Positions 39,691 through 52,850 are shown, numbered from the stretch's first letter. The stretch is 64,000 nucleotides of DNA from Dicyema japonicum (GCA_011109175.1 RDEW01000057.1:117904-181903), one strand, 5' to 3'. Numbers and translations: made by a program. Notes: generated by a model from the sequence alone, not told the origin.

Positions 39691-39774
39691 GAACAAGGTT
39701 TTAATTTAATTTCAATAAATATAAGTTTAATTTTAGATTAATATAAATAAGTTATTATTTGAATTTCATCTACG

Positions 39775-40187
39775 ATGTCTCGTCATATGTTGTTGTACTC
39801 TATTTGTTTAGTTCTCTTATCAACAATCGGGTATGATTAATTTACAATTTAAGATCATATGTCTTCCTGGGTGTGTATCACTTCCTATTTGGGTTCAGTG
39901 TCTCCAGAAGCGGTTCCTTAAATGGCTAAAAATTAGACATGTATTGTGGTGAGTCGAAGGTAGAAGTTGAAACCTGCAATGAATGTCAGCAAAGCAATGA
40001 ATTCATAGCTTGCAAGTTTGGGAATCATTATTTTAATTTTAATTGCGGCCAGTTTGTTCTAAGGTTACCTTGCATCCCCAGTAATGACACTGAGATTAAA
40101 AATGTCATCCTGTTTCTCGTGGGTTCCATTTTTATGCTGATAACTGGCGTATTGGTTAGACAAAGACAACTTAAACTTGTAATCTAG
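39775..40187 (+). CDS. JTB: JTB-like small single-pass membrane protein
   Basis: Introns 39831-39853 (23 nt) and 39913-39936 (24 nt, contains TAA) give signal peptide + C-x9-CNEC..C..C..C + TM + VLVRQRQL, matching the JTB Cys pattern and LVIIRQRQL. Confidence 0.55.
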
Positions 40188-40949
40188 TATTATTTGGTGT
40201 TTGAATTTAATCTTTTCTGGTTTGATACTTTTAAGGGTATCTTGGGGGGTGTTTGCTAAACATTTAAGTGAGTTTTGATATTATAACCTCTCTGGCATCG
40301 GAGAGTTGCTGTGTCTGAATATGCCTTAGCCTAGAGTCATTATTATTAAAGCACCATACGTAAACAATAATAGTTATAGTTTCACACACGTGGCTTTAGA
40401 AACTGTCAAACTAAGGCGCTCTCTCAAGTCGTCCAGATGTGTTCCGTATTTCATTTGGAATACTTGAGATCAGCTCAAAGGACCAGTGGAGCAAACATTG
40501 TATAAAGCTTTCTTGTTTATTTCCTTGGCCAATTCAATCCCAGGATTTTCCTTTGATAAAAAGAATCAGTTCTTATCTATCCTCTGTTCTCAGCCTTGGA
40601 AATAATGACTGTTACATTTTTTACGATTACATTAAAATAAATGTTACAGTAATTGACCTTTTTTTAAATTTATTAAGCCATTAAGGACAACAGTTAGTTT
40701 CATATCGAGAGCGCACTTCCCTAGGTGTTTTGCAAGGAAATGTCCTCAATTAGCCAAGTCCTTTCTCTTTTATAATTTTACATCTCAGCGATAAGTGATT
40801 CAATTCTGTTTAACGCGCTCCAGACTGACCTTATTTACCACCTTAATGGGATGAGATATTTAACATTGGGACTGTATAACCTTAGCCGTAATGATGTACT
40901 TATCTTCTTGCGTCAATTCAGTTATTTTTAACTTTGTTCAGCGCAGGTC

Positions 40950-43900
40950 CTTCTTGGAATGATGCCCTCATTGTCTCCAAGTAAGGACCAAAGCTTATTG
41001 GTCTTCCTCCATGGTTCATCCTATCATTTCGAAGGTCGCATAGCGACTCAAAGTACAGTAAACTCCCATTAATCCGAACTTCACAGTACATTCCGCAAGA
41101 TCTTGGATGGCCAGGATATTACAGTTATGTTTCTTAGATGATTCCTGTGAAACGAGTCTAGCTTCTCCAATTCCTCTTTAGAGGTGGCCCAGGTCCCAGA
41201 GTTGTATAGGATAATTGGTTTGATAAATGTGTCGTATAACATTATCCTTTGTTTTATGTTATTCCCTTTCCGTTTTAGCCATAGGTTTGTCAGCCTGTGT
41301 AATGCCGCGTTTGTCATGGTTTTTCCCGTATGATATCTTGACTATCTCATAATAGTGAGCCAAGTTTCTTTGTGTCTCCATTTCTCTTCGAGTGAGTTTC
41401 TATCCGTTCTGTTTTTTCCCTGTTCACGGTGAGAAACCATTTCCCAAGTATATCTGGTGCTTTTTCTAGTACATGTTCCAGGAGTTCTTTGTCTTCAGAG
41501 ATTAGGTCGACATCATCAGCATAAATCACTTCTATTTTTCCTTGGTATAATGGTCTCAGTTCCCTCATACCGGCCTCCAAGTATATTGTGAATAGTAGCG
41601 GAGAGAGGAGTCTCCTTGAGGAGTGCGTGTCTTTGTTTCAAATTTTCTTGAGTAGGTTTTTTTACTCTCACAAGGAGCTCTGTGTTAGATAGAAGGATTT
41701 GGATCATTCTCAGACTTGATTCGTCAATAAACCCTTCCAGCACTGTCATCAATTTGTTCCTGTTAACCGAGTCAAAGGCTTTTGATAGATCTATTCCCAG
41801 AATGTGGGTGGCATTGCAATATCTTTGATGTGTTGCACATCTTCATCTGTAACTCCAGACTGCATCAGTTGTTGATCTTCCTTCTCTGAACCCACTTTGA
41901 CTTTCGGGTAGTCAGTCATAGGCGGGTCCTTTTGTTCGTTCCAATACAATGTTAGCTAAGACTTTCCGTAGAGAATTTGATTATATAATTGATCGTAAGT
42001 TTCAGCCGGTCCTTTGGGTTTATTGGGTTTGTATAGGTATTAGTAATCCCGTTCCCAGGGGTAGAGTTGAGTTAGTTGAAAACATTTCATTTTGTAGTGT
42101 AGCGATTTTTCCAAAAAATGGGTCAAGGCCGTATTTCAATAATTCTGGGTTTATCGTATCTGGTCCGGGGCTTCTGTTATTTTTTAGTTTTTGACAGGCT
42201 ATTTTTACTTCCAAAATTGTAATTGCTACTTTCAAAGGTCTAGGCTTTCCTTTGAAGGGGGGGGGGAGGGGATTGCTGCAGTCAAATTAAAAAGTTTCTC
42301 AAAATGTGTTGCAATTACCTCCGCTTGCTCTTGAGTATTCAGTAATGTCTTGCCATTTTTGTCTTTGATGATTATTCAACCTTCCGGTTTGTGTGGCGTA
42401 GTAAACGAACGGCCATATAATAATAATAATAATAAAGCCTTTTCACGAGAGCCATAGTATTTTATAGCTCCGCATAGGCAGGACACACACTTTATTTAAG
42501 TAAAGAACAGTTAATTTTAACTAATCGTAGAACCAAGGAATGATCTTCACTTCTTTTTTTTCTTTTTCTTGTGTGAGTGTCCTTTCTAGACAAATCCAGT
42601 TCCGCAGTGAGTATTCACTGATGACGGCGTCACTCGTCAAACCATTTCTGCATCGTAGATGCGTGGAACCTTCCACCAGGTGAACAGCAGCGAGATTTGA
42701 ACCCGTAGCCTAAGCCACTTAAGCCCGACACCTAACCACTAAGCCACCCGCGAACGGCCATATACATTTGTGAATTATCTTTTAGTTTGGATACTTCATT
42801 GATTTTGCGAATTAGTTTTTCTTGGTGGAGTGTCTTGTTCAGTCTTCTGATTTTTCTCTGGATTTTGTCCCTCTGTCCTTGAAGGGCTTTTCTTTCGTTA
42901 TAGTCTTTTTTGTTTAGAATTTTTTGTATGAATTTCTTTTAACTCTTTTGCTAACTCTTTTGCTAATTCTGCATGTATCGTCCGACCTATACTGGCCATC
43001 TGCTGCGTGCCGAGGTACTGGCTTGCTGCTTCGTTTATTATATTCTTTGTGCGATCCACGAAATTCCTACTGTTAGGTCCTTCAGATGAGAGCATGTATT
43101 TTTTGTAATTTATGACTGTATGAGAGATCAGTTTTCCGTTGCATATCCATTTCTTGAATTCTCATATTATTGTTTGTAATTTTATTGTGTTTCTTATGTT
43201 TGATACTATTTTTCGCTAGGCTGAAGATGACCATTCTGTGGTCGCTGACAGTTGTTGAACTTTCGTATGAGCGTGCGTTAATAAGAGCGTTAGTCATTGA
43301 TCCGGCATATAATATAATCAATTTGTTGTATATTGGGACTAGTTTTCCATCCCATCCAAGTGGTTTGTTGACATCCACGAAAGAGAAGCGGTACAACAAC
43401 AGTTTGTTTGCCGTGCAGAAATGGCCAAGTATGGTCCCAGGCAAGTTTCTTTCCCACGTCCGTGTCTTCCCATGAGGGTATTCTGAGTTGTTTTATGTTC
43501 CAATTTTTGCATTTAGATCGCCAGCAATAAATATAAGTGAGGACGACTCAAATTCATTATACGTCTTTGATAATGCTGAGTAGAATTCATCCAGTTCGGT
43601 CGCGTAGTTTGTCACTCTTCCACAGTGTGGTGCATATACATTTATAATTGTTGTATATTTAGAAGAACATTGGTTGTTCAGATGGATCTGTATTACGCAG
43701 ATCCTGTCATTCACCCTCCAAATGCGAATGTCAGATGATAGTTTTCTGTGAATGGCGAATCCAAAACCATAGTGTTTTGAGTCACTGGGTAGCCATATTA
43801 GTCGATATTTTCATGTTTTTATCGAGATAGTATGTAATTTTCGTCTCTTGTATACAGCCAATAGAAACGTTATATCTTTCTAGGTCATCACAGAGGATTT

Positions 43901-44000
43901 CTTGACTGAGGTTTAGATATTCCTCTAGCATTGAACGTAAGAAGCTTTTGGACAAGCATATTCTTTTGTATTCTGTTTTCTAGACATTTTTATTAACCGT
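40950..44000 (-). mobile_element. RTE-like LINE (APE plus RT), interrupted by a SINE
   Basis: IINVYAPH..IAGDLNAKIG, SDHRMV, NNRSPGPD, GIDLSKAFDSV, IYADDVDL, YDTFIKPIILYNSGTW. Same family as 33090-35040. Confidence 0.9.
42420..42750 (-). mobile_element. tRNA-derived SINE family 1, full length, 14-bp TSD
   Basis: A box TGGCTTAGTGG, B box GGTTCAAATC, (TAT)n tail. TSD cgaacggccatata at 42406-42419 and 42751-42764. Confidence 0.9.
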
Positions 44001-44067
44001 TGTACAGAGAAGAAACGTCACCACTTATAATAATAATTGCCACATGGCTAGAAAGAGGTTGAAAATT

Positions 44068-44351
44068 TATAATAATAAAGCCTTTTCACGAGAGCCATAG
44101 TATTTATAGCTCCGCATAGGCAGGACACAACACTTTAATTTAAGTACAGACAGTTAACTAATCGTAGAACAAGGAATGATCTTCACTTCTTTTTTTCTTG
44201 TGTGAGTGTCCTTTCTAGACAATCAGTTCCGCAGTGAGTATCCACTGATGACGCGTCACTCGTCAAACCCTTTCTGCATCGTAGATGCCTGGAACCTTCC
44301 ACCAGGTGAACAGCAGAGATTCGAAACCCGTAGCCTAAGCCACTTAAGCCC
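44068..44351 (-). mobile_element. SINE family 1, 5'-truncated copy
   Basis: High identity to 42420-42730. Confidence 0.9.
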
Positions 44352-44379
44352 GTGGCATAGTGGTTGAAATTTCTATTGT

Positions 44380-45200
44380 ATAGAAAAAAGATTTGTGAAA
44401 TGAAAAATACATCAAAATGACAATCAGAAATTATCCCATTTCTGTGATATAAAATGAAAATTTATTTGGGAATTTCGACACTTTTCAGAAATTCTTAAAA
44501 AACCGTGAAAATTGGAAAACTGTGAACCTACGATTAACAAGACAGTGGTAAATATCGTCAATTCGATAATTCACTGAATGTATTTCAAGGATCGATGAAA
44601 TTAATGGTTCTATTGCTGAAGGTATCATCATTTCAAAGGCTAAGGTATTTAGTGGAAGCTTGGAAAAGAAATTAGTCTACACAAATGTAAAGGAAGATTT
44701 AATCTTAAAATAAAAGTTCTTGAGAAGCTCAGCACATGATGAAATTAATTGAATAGACAAAAATATGATTAAGTTAAAAGAAGTTAACCCTGACGTATTG
44801 GATGAAACTGGAATTTTTTTCCCTTCAAGAACAATTTCATAAAAAATAGAAAAGGCATAAGCAATCAAAAGTGAGGATCAGTACTAATGTAACTGTTAAA
44901 AATTAATTTTTTGTTATTGGAAATAGTAAAAGACCCACATTAAAAAGATTTTGAAAATATAGGACTATGCAAATAAAAGGGATGACGACAGAAATTTTTA
45001 ATGTTTATTCCTATTGATGAATAACATGATACGAAATAAATAAATATTTTTTGAAAACGTTTAAATTCTATTCCTTCCAAAAAACACAACTGCTCATCTT
45101 TAAAACGATGAACGCAGGCATTATCAAGAACTTTAAGAATTATCATAGAAAAAGGTTTATTTTTGGATTACATGGAAGCCCTTGATTTGGAAAAATAATT
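44380..45200 (+). mobile_element. Second copy of the Tigger family at 16083
   Basis: Colinear nucleotide similarity to 16320-17050. Confidence 0.8.
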
Positions 45201-45329
45201 TTTTTCTTTGTGTAGTGCTGGACTCTGTCATTCATCAATTATAGAGAAAATTCCTAATCAAGTCCAAAGTTTAAACCAGTGGACATAAGCATCAACTACC
45301 AACATATTATAAAATTAGTCACCTTCTTG

Positions 45330-45700
45330 TGTAAATATGAAAGCTTATTCTGACGGAGAAGTTATTAAAATTGCTATTTACATTTTTTTGTGTTGTCATC
45401 AAATTTTTATATTATTCTTTTGCTGTTGATACAAGTAAAGATATCTCTAATACCGAACAAATGGTCACAAAAGGTTTTCACTTTGGATTTAAAATTTATG
45501 AAAAATTTTTTTCTCTTGGTTCATTAAAAGGCTTTATAAAAGGAATCGATGTGCTTAACGAATTCCTTGAAAGTATTAAAGAAATTTGACATTTATCCTT
45601 CGAAATTAATTTCTATTTGTATGATGGGGGCCGAAATATGATTGGTGGTAATAAATGATTTCGTGGACTTTTTTCTGAATGGAGAATTCAAAAAATCTTG
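45330..45700 (+). mobile_element. hAT transposase fragment
   Basis: FAVDTSKDISNTEQM and DGGRNMIG motifs. Confidence 0.55.
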
Positions 45701-45758
45701 ATCGTATATTTTGGCACCATCGTTGGCTTTCCTTTTTTCACAAAACTAGTGCTAAAAG

Positions 45759-45943
45759 CCGGTGGCTTAGTGGTTAGGTGTCGGGCTTAAGTGGCTTAGG
45801 CTACGGGTTCGAATCTCGCTGCTGTTCACCTGGTGGAAGGTTCCACGCATCTACGATTGCAGAAATGGTTTGACGAGTGTGTGTCCTGCCTATGCGGAGC
45901 TATAAAATACTATGGCTCTCGTGAAAAGGCTTTATTATATTAT
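45759..45943 (+). mobile_element. SINE family 1, internally deleted, 12-bp TSD
   Basis: TSD tagtgctaaaag at 45747-45758 and 45944-45955; deletion joins at AGTG microhomology. Confidence 0.9.
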
Positions 45944-46021
45944 TAGTGCTAAAAGTAAAAATTTTATAAAATTAGAATTTCTTACAATTATAATTGATAA
46001 GAACTTGCTTTAAATATAAGT

Positions 46022-47400
46022 ACAGTCCGACCCCGAATTAGGGCAGACCCCAGGGGTGGGGCACCCTCGGATTTTGGGGCATTTTTTTTGGCCAACATTT
46101 TGGCAGAGTAAAATGGAAAATCGATAAAAAATATGGAAATTTTGGGGCACTATAAAATGTGGGGAATGAAATTATAAGTAAATAAAATTATATTTTATTA
46201 ATAAATATATATAATTTTAATATACGGCTTCAAAAAATTGGATTTGATACTTTCAAAGCTTCAAACGGCTGGCTTGACAGATTTAAAAAGCGACATGAAC
46301 TTAAATTCAAATCAATTTGTGGAGAAAAAATTCATGTGACTTGACTTACATCAATGAGTTTTTTAAAATTCTTGACGAGAAAATTATTCAATATGGAAGA
46401 CAAAATGTTTTTAATTGTGATGAAACTGCTCTTTATATAAAAAAACTCCACGAAAGTCGTTTGTAGGAATAAATGACGACACTTTTGTCTTTAAACAGGA
46501 AAAAGAAAGAGTCACTGTACTTCTTTGTTGCAATTCCATGGGGAAAAACTTGAGCCATTGATTGTTGGAAAATTTAAAAACCCTCGATGTCTCAAAAATT
46601 TCAATGTGAAAGATTGGGAATTTCATATTCATCCTCTAAAAATGCATGGATGACTGGAAATATTTTTATGAGCTGGTTGACTCGGATAAATGAAAGATTT
46701 TATACAATCAACAGGAAAGTATTAATATTGCTTGATAATGCGGGATGTCATAAACTATTGAATGCTCAAATATTGAGTTTTTATTTTTGCCAAAAAATAC
46801 AACACCGTATTTGCAACCATTGGATATGGGAATTATCAGACCCTTTAAGATTATTACTCAAATTATCTGATTCAGTATTTGTGTTTTGAAGGAGGATGAT
46901 GAATTCAACGGTTGATAAACAAAATAAACCTTGTCATGTAATTCTGCTAATTTCTAAAAGCTGGGAAAAAACTTGATCTAAGTTTAATATTTATAATTGT
47001 TGGAATCAAATTGAAAAGATTCGTGATTCCGTAAAAAATTGAAGATACATTACAGAAGAAATGATCAACAATGCCGTAAACGAAACATTGAATGGGGAAA
47101 GTGACGAATTCGTTGATAATATTTACAACGAAGGTTTAGAAAACAATAAACAAGGAAACAATTCTAAGAGAAACGCAAGATTCGCTCGATCTGTTAGAGA
47201 AGAAAATTTTTTACATATCTCCTGAAATGCTCAAAGAATTTTACGATTTTTGACTTAATTTTATGAAAATGTTAAAAGTAAAAAGATAACTAGGGATAAA
47301 TTAACTGATTATTTTTCTAAAATTGATTTTTGATGTTTAAAATCTCTGTTTTATTAAACCCCTGTTTTTGGGGCACCCCGCTTTTTGGGGGCACTTGGTG
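46022..47400 (+). mobile_element. pogo/Tigger-like transposon (second family)
   Basis: Starts TA-cagtccgacccc. Motifs FKASNGWLDRFKKRH, NCDETALY, KERVTVLLCCN..G, AWMTGNIF, LLDNAGCH, QPLDMGII. Confidence 0.85.
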
Positions 47401-48748
47401 ACTCTCCTCGTTGCGGAGTTTCCATATAAAACGAGGGAGACGATCATATGTTCACTGTCAGTCTCCACTCTTCAATACAATCTGCCCATGTCGATCCACG
47501 GAGGTTTCTGATTCTTTTCTGTGCCGACCGATGTAGGCTTTATCTCCTTCTCCGACTCTTACCATCATTCCAGTCTCCTGCAACGAGCAGCCAATAGGAG
47601 GGTTGAAGTTCCGTCATTGTCTTCCCCATTTCTCGTAGAACTGATCAAGTTCTTCGGATTCCCTATAACACACCCACTGTGAGGGCCATAGATATTTATG
47701 CTAGACACGTGTTCAATTGAGGCGCGTCACCACCTCAGCCAGCCAAGAAATTCGGATTACATGACATTAGATATGCTCGGTTTTTCGATAGATTTGGACA
47801 ATTGCCTAATTTCGCAGAGGCAGAGTAAAAATTTGAAATTACCACAACTTTATAAACCCCCATTGTATGAGAGGGGTTCTCATAAAAGACCTTAGTAATA
47901 ATGTCTCCATTAAGAAAAGAAGTTAGACCTGAGAAGGCATGGACTAGGTGGAGTGCGTCACTAATGTAAGGAGTTGGTCTCCAGTCAGATGAGTCTAGTA
48001 TCTTCCATCTGTTTTTATCTAATAAATCCTACAGAAACTCGTACTCAACAATTAATAAACTGGGGAAGAGTGAAGAAATATAAGAAAGTTTGAAAAAACA
48101 CTACATAATTCATCTTTGATTTAATGGGGTTATTTCAGAAATACAAGTGTTCAATATTAGTTGACTCAAACTGATTAGTTCCTGGCTTTATGGTTTCTTT
48201 CTAACTTTAGCATCAAGGTCATTCAATTTTGGGCAAGGCTGGATTTAAAATTAGATACTTCCTTTTCGAGTTTCTGATGTCTCCTAGATCCCCCTCTACG
48301 TCTTGCACACGATAAAAAGTAATACAAGTACTATCCTCCATTATGAAGTTAAGTAGAAATTCCATGCAATAGAGGTACGTCTCCCCCTCAATCTTAGTTA
48401 GTTAATTTATTATTATTTAAAACCCTGGGATGGCCGAAAAAGAAATAAAAAACGTCAGACAGTTAGGTGATCCCAGTCCCCATAATCGATCGAGCAATCC
48501 AACGTCTGTGGTTTCCCAATGTTTCCAATACCGTATTTTGTTATACCAACCTCAATAACTTCTAGGTGTATCCGGAGTTAATAAATAAAAAAAAACTTCT
48601 AGAAGGCGAGACTTATTATTTCCACAATGCCAAAAATTACAACATTATTTATTTGAAAATAATAATTAATTAATATTTAAATAATTTAAAAAGAAGACTC
48701 AGGTCTACTACGTTGTTGTCCGTGAGACATTGAAGAAAACCGTTAAAA

Positions 48749-49677
48749 ATGAAAATTATAATCGGAAGTCAATGTCAGGGTCCAAACTGTACATATCGTA
48801 GTCGAGTCAATTCGAGTTACTGCTCAGACGAGTGTGGAGTCGAACTAGCAAAGAGGTAGTAAGTAACACTTACATTAAGGCGTTTAAGCAAAGCGTTTGA
48901 CAATAATGAAGAGCTCTTTTCTCAAACCTACAGCGCTGAGCAGTTCGATCGACAAAACATAACAAAAATAAGGGAGGAGATTGCGAAGACACAAACTGAG
49001 ATTTCAAACTTGGACAAAGGACGGGAAGATTACTAGAACTGATAAAGAAGGCCAAAAAATCCCAAATATCCTCAACCTCCAAGGTTGCATGTGATCTCAT
49101 TGCAGGAAAGACATGAGACTGAGCGGATCCTGTTGCCCTGTTTTGTTTGTAGGAGTGAGGTATACATCAATGGATACTCCAAGCACATCGATAAGTGCTT
49201 TAGGAAGGTAATTTATTAATTGAGATTGTAGTGTGAGTCCCAGACTCATATACCTCTTCATATATTTCCCGGAATGACGTTGAGGCTGCTTTCTGTGATC
49301 ACTACAAGGCTAGCACCAAATCCTACTGCAAAAGACTGAAGTTGTTGTGTCCTGAACATTCCAAGCCATTCCCTGTCGGATTTATGATTTACTACTAGAG
49401 ATCAGCTGGTGAGGTATGTGGGTTCCCTATAGAGGACTTGGTTGCCCGTGGAATCCCGAACAGTCTGGATTTTTGTCAAAACTCAGTGAAGGACTGCACT
49501 CTTCATTACGAGTGGGAAAGAGTTGCTTTGGCGAGAATTGATTTGCATAAAATTAGATTGGTCTGTTTTTTTTATTTTAGTCTACAAAATTGGATGACCT
49601 GTATGAGAAGGAAAGACATATAGAATGGCGATTGCCTCACGTGGAGTGTTCTATCGCTTTTACTATACAAGTCTTAA
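48749..49677 (+). CDS. CXXC1: CXXC1/CFP1-like COMPASS subunit, C-terminal region only
   Basis: QCQGPNC....SSYCSDECG, FCDHYKASTKSYCKRLKLLCPEHS, EVCGFP, HYEWERV..ARIDL, KLDDLYEKER. Five 20-25 nt introns; about four single-base deletions are needed to restore the frame. Confidence 0.85.
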
Positions 49678-49753
49678 TTTTTATTATTTTAATAAACTTT
49701 TTATTCTTCACTTTTGGTTTACATGGAGATGTATTTACTTTTTCCATGTATTT

Positions 49754-51473
49754 CAGAGTTGTCAAACATGCGGCCCTCATGCGCAACAGTAATGTTTAGT
49801 GGAGTTCGTTAAATGAAACAGTACGTATTTCACAAAAATTCACAAGCGAAGTACTGTATCAGTTACTGCAAGCTATGAAATCAGCAGAATGCTTGCAATG
49901 AATGAGAAATCATATTGTGATGGTGATTTTATCAAGCAATATCTAGTGAAAACAGCCAAAATTATTTGTCCAGACAATGCTCATTTGTCTAAAGACATTC
50001 TTTGACCAGAAACAACAGTTGCCGAACATATCAAAGAAATGTCTCTGCATTTGAAACAACAATTAAAGTCTGAATTGTTTAAATTTGAATATTTTTTAAT
50101 TGAATTGCACGTCATCGGAATTGCACAATTAGCAATCTTTTTAGAGCTTGTGATTCAGATTTTAATATTTACGAAGAATTTCTCGAACTTGTACCAATGT
50201 ACTACTACAAGTAAAGATATTTTTGTCAAACTGTTACAAATTCTCCTTGACTATGGATTTGATTTAAAGAAACTTGTATGTTTGTACACCGATGGTGCTC
50301 CGAATATGGCTGGACATGCTGGATTTGCTGCAAATTGCGAGTTGAAATAGAAAAGTTAAATCCTGGCTCATCATTTGCGCATTTTCATTGTATTATTTAT
50401 CAGCAAAATTTGTGCTCAAAAATTTTAAAAATAAAAAATACTATTAGTTTGATCACGAAAACAACAAACTATATTAGGGGTAGTGCCCTCAACCACAGCC
50501 AATTCAGTAAATTGTTTATAGATATGAATAACCAGTTCAGCGATTTTTCTTTTTATACTACAGTACGTTGGTCATCTCTTTACAAAATTGTCAAAAGATT
50601 TTATTTAAAACAGGAAATAATTTTATTTATGGAAATGAAAGGTCAAAACACAGACGAGATGAAAAGTGAATCTTGGATCCAAGATTTGGTTCTTTGCAGT
50701 TGATATTACCGCACATGTGAACGACCTTAATTTGGAATTGCAGGGCAAAAACATGCTCATAACTCAGTTGTCAGATGATATCAAGTGTTTCGAAAATAAA
50801 ATTATGGAAGTCTCAGCTATTGAATGAAGATTTAGTTCATTTTCCTACGTGTAAAGAACGAGGAGTACTGTTGGTGCACATACTGCAATGAATTTTTCCA
50901 AGTATGTAGGACAACTGGATTTGTTGTTAAAGGAATTTCATAAAAGATTTAATGATTTCTCGTCTTTTGAACAAGAATTTTCATTATTCACAGCACCATT
51001 CGCTTTTAATGCTGATAAAAGTTTACAAATGGAATTGTTGGAGATCCAATAGGATTCTATACTAAAGGCTAAATATTTGGAGGTTGGAATACCTGCTTTT
51101 TTCACATTTTGAAAAAAATTTAAAAACTTTAAAAATTTTGCTACAAAAATAATTGCTATGTTTGGTTCGACATATGTGTGTGAACAACTTTTTTCATTTA
51201 TGAAATTAACAAAAACTGTTCAAAGAACTCACTGATGAAAATTAATCGGCTTTAATAAAAGTCGTGACTACAAAAATAGTTGAGCCCGACATATCAAAAA
51301 TTGTATCCGAAAAAAGATGTCAATCCTCCGGAAGTTGCTCTAAGCACGATTAGAAGATGGTGATTACATATTTAGTTTTCCCTTATTTTGGTTTTTCATT
51401 AAATAAATAATTTTTCCTTGATAAAAAATTATTATAAATGCGGCCCTCGAAGCTAAATGAGTTGACACCCCTG
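49754..51473 (+). mobile_element. Internally deleted hAT transposon with TIRs and 8-bp TSD
   Basis: TSD atgtattt at 49746-49753 and 51474-51481. Termini cagagttgtcaa / ttgacacccctg. Motifs YTDGAPNMAG, HCIIYQQNLC, VRWSS, MFGSTYVCEQLFS. Confidence 0.9.
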
Positions 51474-51492
51474 ATGTATTTAGTACCGTATG

Positions 51493-51810
51493 GCCGGGTG
51501 GTGCAGTGTAACGAGTGCAGGGAAAAAGCCAAGTTCAATCTTGCTGTTGTACATTCCTGCTGAAGGTACCAGGTATCTACGATGCTTTGGCTTGACGAGT
51601 GACGCCGTAATCAGTGAACATCTCACTGCGGAACAGGATCTTCTACAAGAGGACTCACACCAAACATAAAGTAAAAGAAGTGAAGAGCATTCCCTGGTTC
51701 TCCCTCATCGATTAGTTATCATAACTGTTCTTTTCTTAAATAAAGTGTGTGTCCTGCCTAACAGGAGCTATAGCTAACATGGTTTTTCGTAAAGTGCAGT
51801 ATTATTATTA
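51493..51810 (+). mobile_element. Diverged older subfamily of SINE family 1
   Basis: Shares tctacgatgc..ttgacgagtgacgccg..tcagtg..ctcactgcggaac..aaataaagtgtgtgtcctgcct and the (TAT)n tail. Imperfect TSD tttRgtaccgtRtg. Confidence 0.75.
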
Positions 51811-52069
51811 TTTGGTACCGTGTGTAGGGGCTTTTAGTAGGGATAACTTTAAAATGTTGACTTTTGGTTTAATTATATGTTCAGAATAACATGATCTGAT
51901 CACTATGGAAAACTTGGAAGAGTTTCTGTCCAGAAACAATGAAAATAATCATTCACTTCCACTAACGCAAATGGGTGGATAATGGATCTTCCAATATCGA
52001 TAACTAGTATATTGGTTTTATTTCAACAATGAAATTATTAAAATAAACATAATTATTTTAATAATTTTG

Positions 52070-52850
52070 TTAGTACTTTTCATTCAAAATTTCTGTATGA
52101 TTGTAGATAATTCGATAGTGTATGGAATAGAGGGCAGCTCGGTAAAATAGCCTCTTTTAAGAGTTTCCGTTGTAATTTGATTAAGAAATTTTTAATGGGT
52201 TGGATATTGTGATCTGGTCCAATTAACCTTATTGCAGTCTCCTCGATTGCGGATAGTTTCAATGAGGAAGATCGTGAGATCTGCATTGTTCATGAAGAAC
52301 TTGCATACGTCATCGTTGGTCGGATGAATTGTTCATAAATCGTGGCAAGGCCACCAGTTTGGTCTCTAAGTGTTTTTGAGAGCACTTTTAAAATTCTCAT
52401 TTTCTTCAAAGCAGAAGTTACTTTGTTTTCAACATGCCGGATAAAGGTTACTCCCAGAATCTTCGGTGTTTAGTTAATAGAGATAGCTTCGTTCTTCATA
52501 AAGACTTTTGGTTCGATACAGAGCTGTCTCTTGTAGGTGGTAAACAGTGTGACAATGGACTTTGCTGCTGATGTGTCGAGTCTCCGCTTCAAGAGCCATA
52601 GTTCCAGCTTGTCGAGCATTTGTTGAGCCAACTGAGTCGCTGATTGAATGCTTCTGTTCTTGGAGGAAAGAATAATATCGTCGGCATAAGAGAGGATTAG
52701 ACAGTTTTCATTACAGGTTCGAGGCATGTCGTTTATGTAGAGATTGAAGAGTTGGGGTGATAGTGGGGAGCCTTGAGGGACCCCATTTGGGAAATAGCGA
52801 GATCTTGATTTGATGTTGTTGCAGAGTACTTGTGCCCTCAACACCCCCTT
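52070..52850 (-). mobile_element. LINE RT fragment
   Basis: PNGVPQGSPLSPQLFNLYINDM..ILSYADD; KILGVTF. Confidence 0.85.

Noticed and set aside
45759-45830. Apparent tRNA gene (also 42680-42750 and 55450-55525)
   Set aside because: No proper cloverleaf; continues into a repeated body and tail with TSDs, so these are SINE heads.
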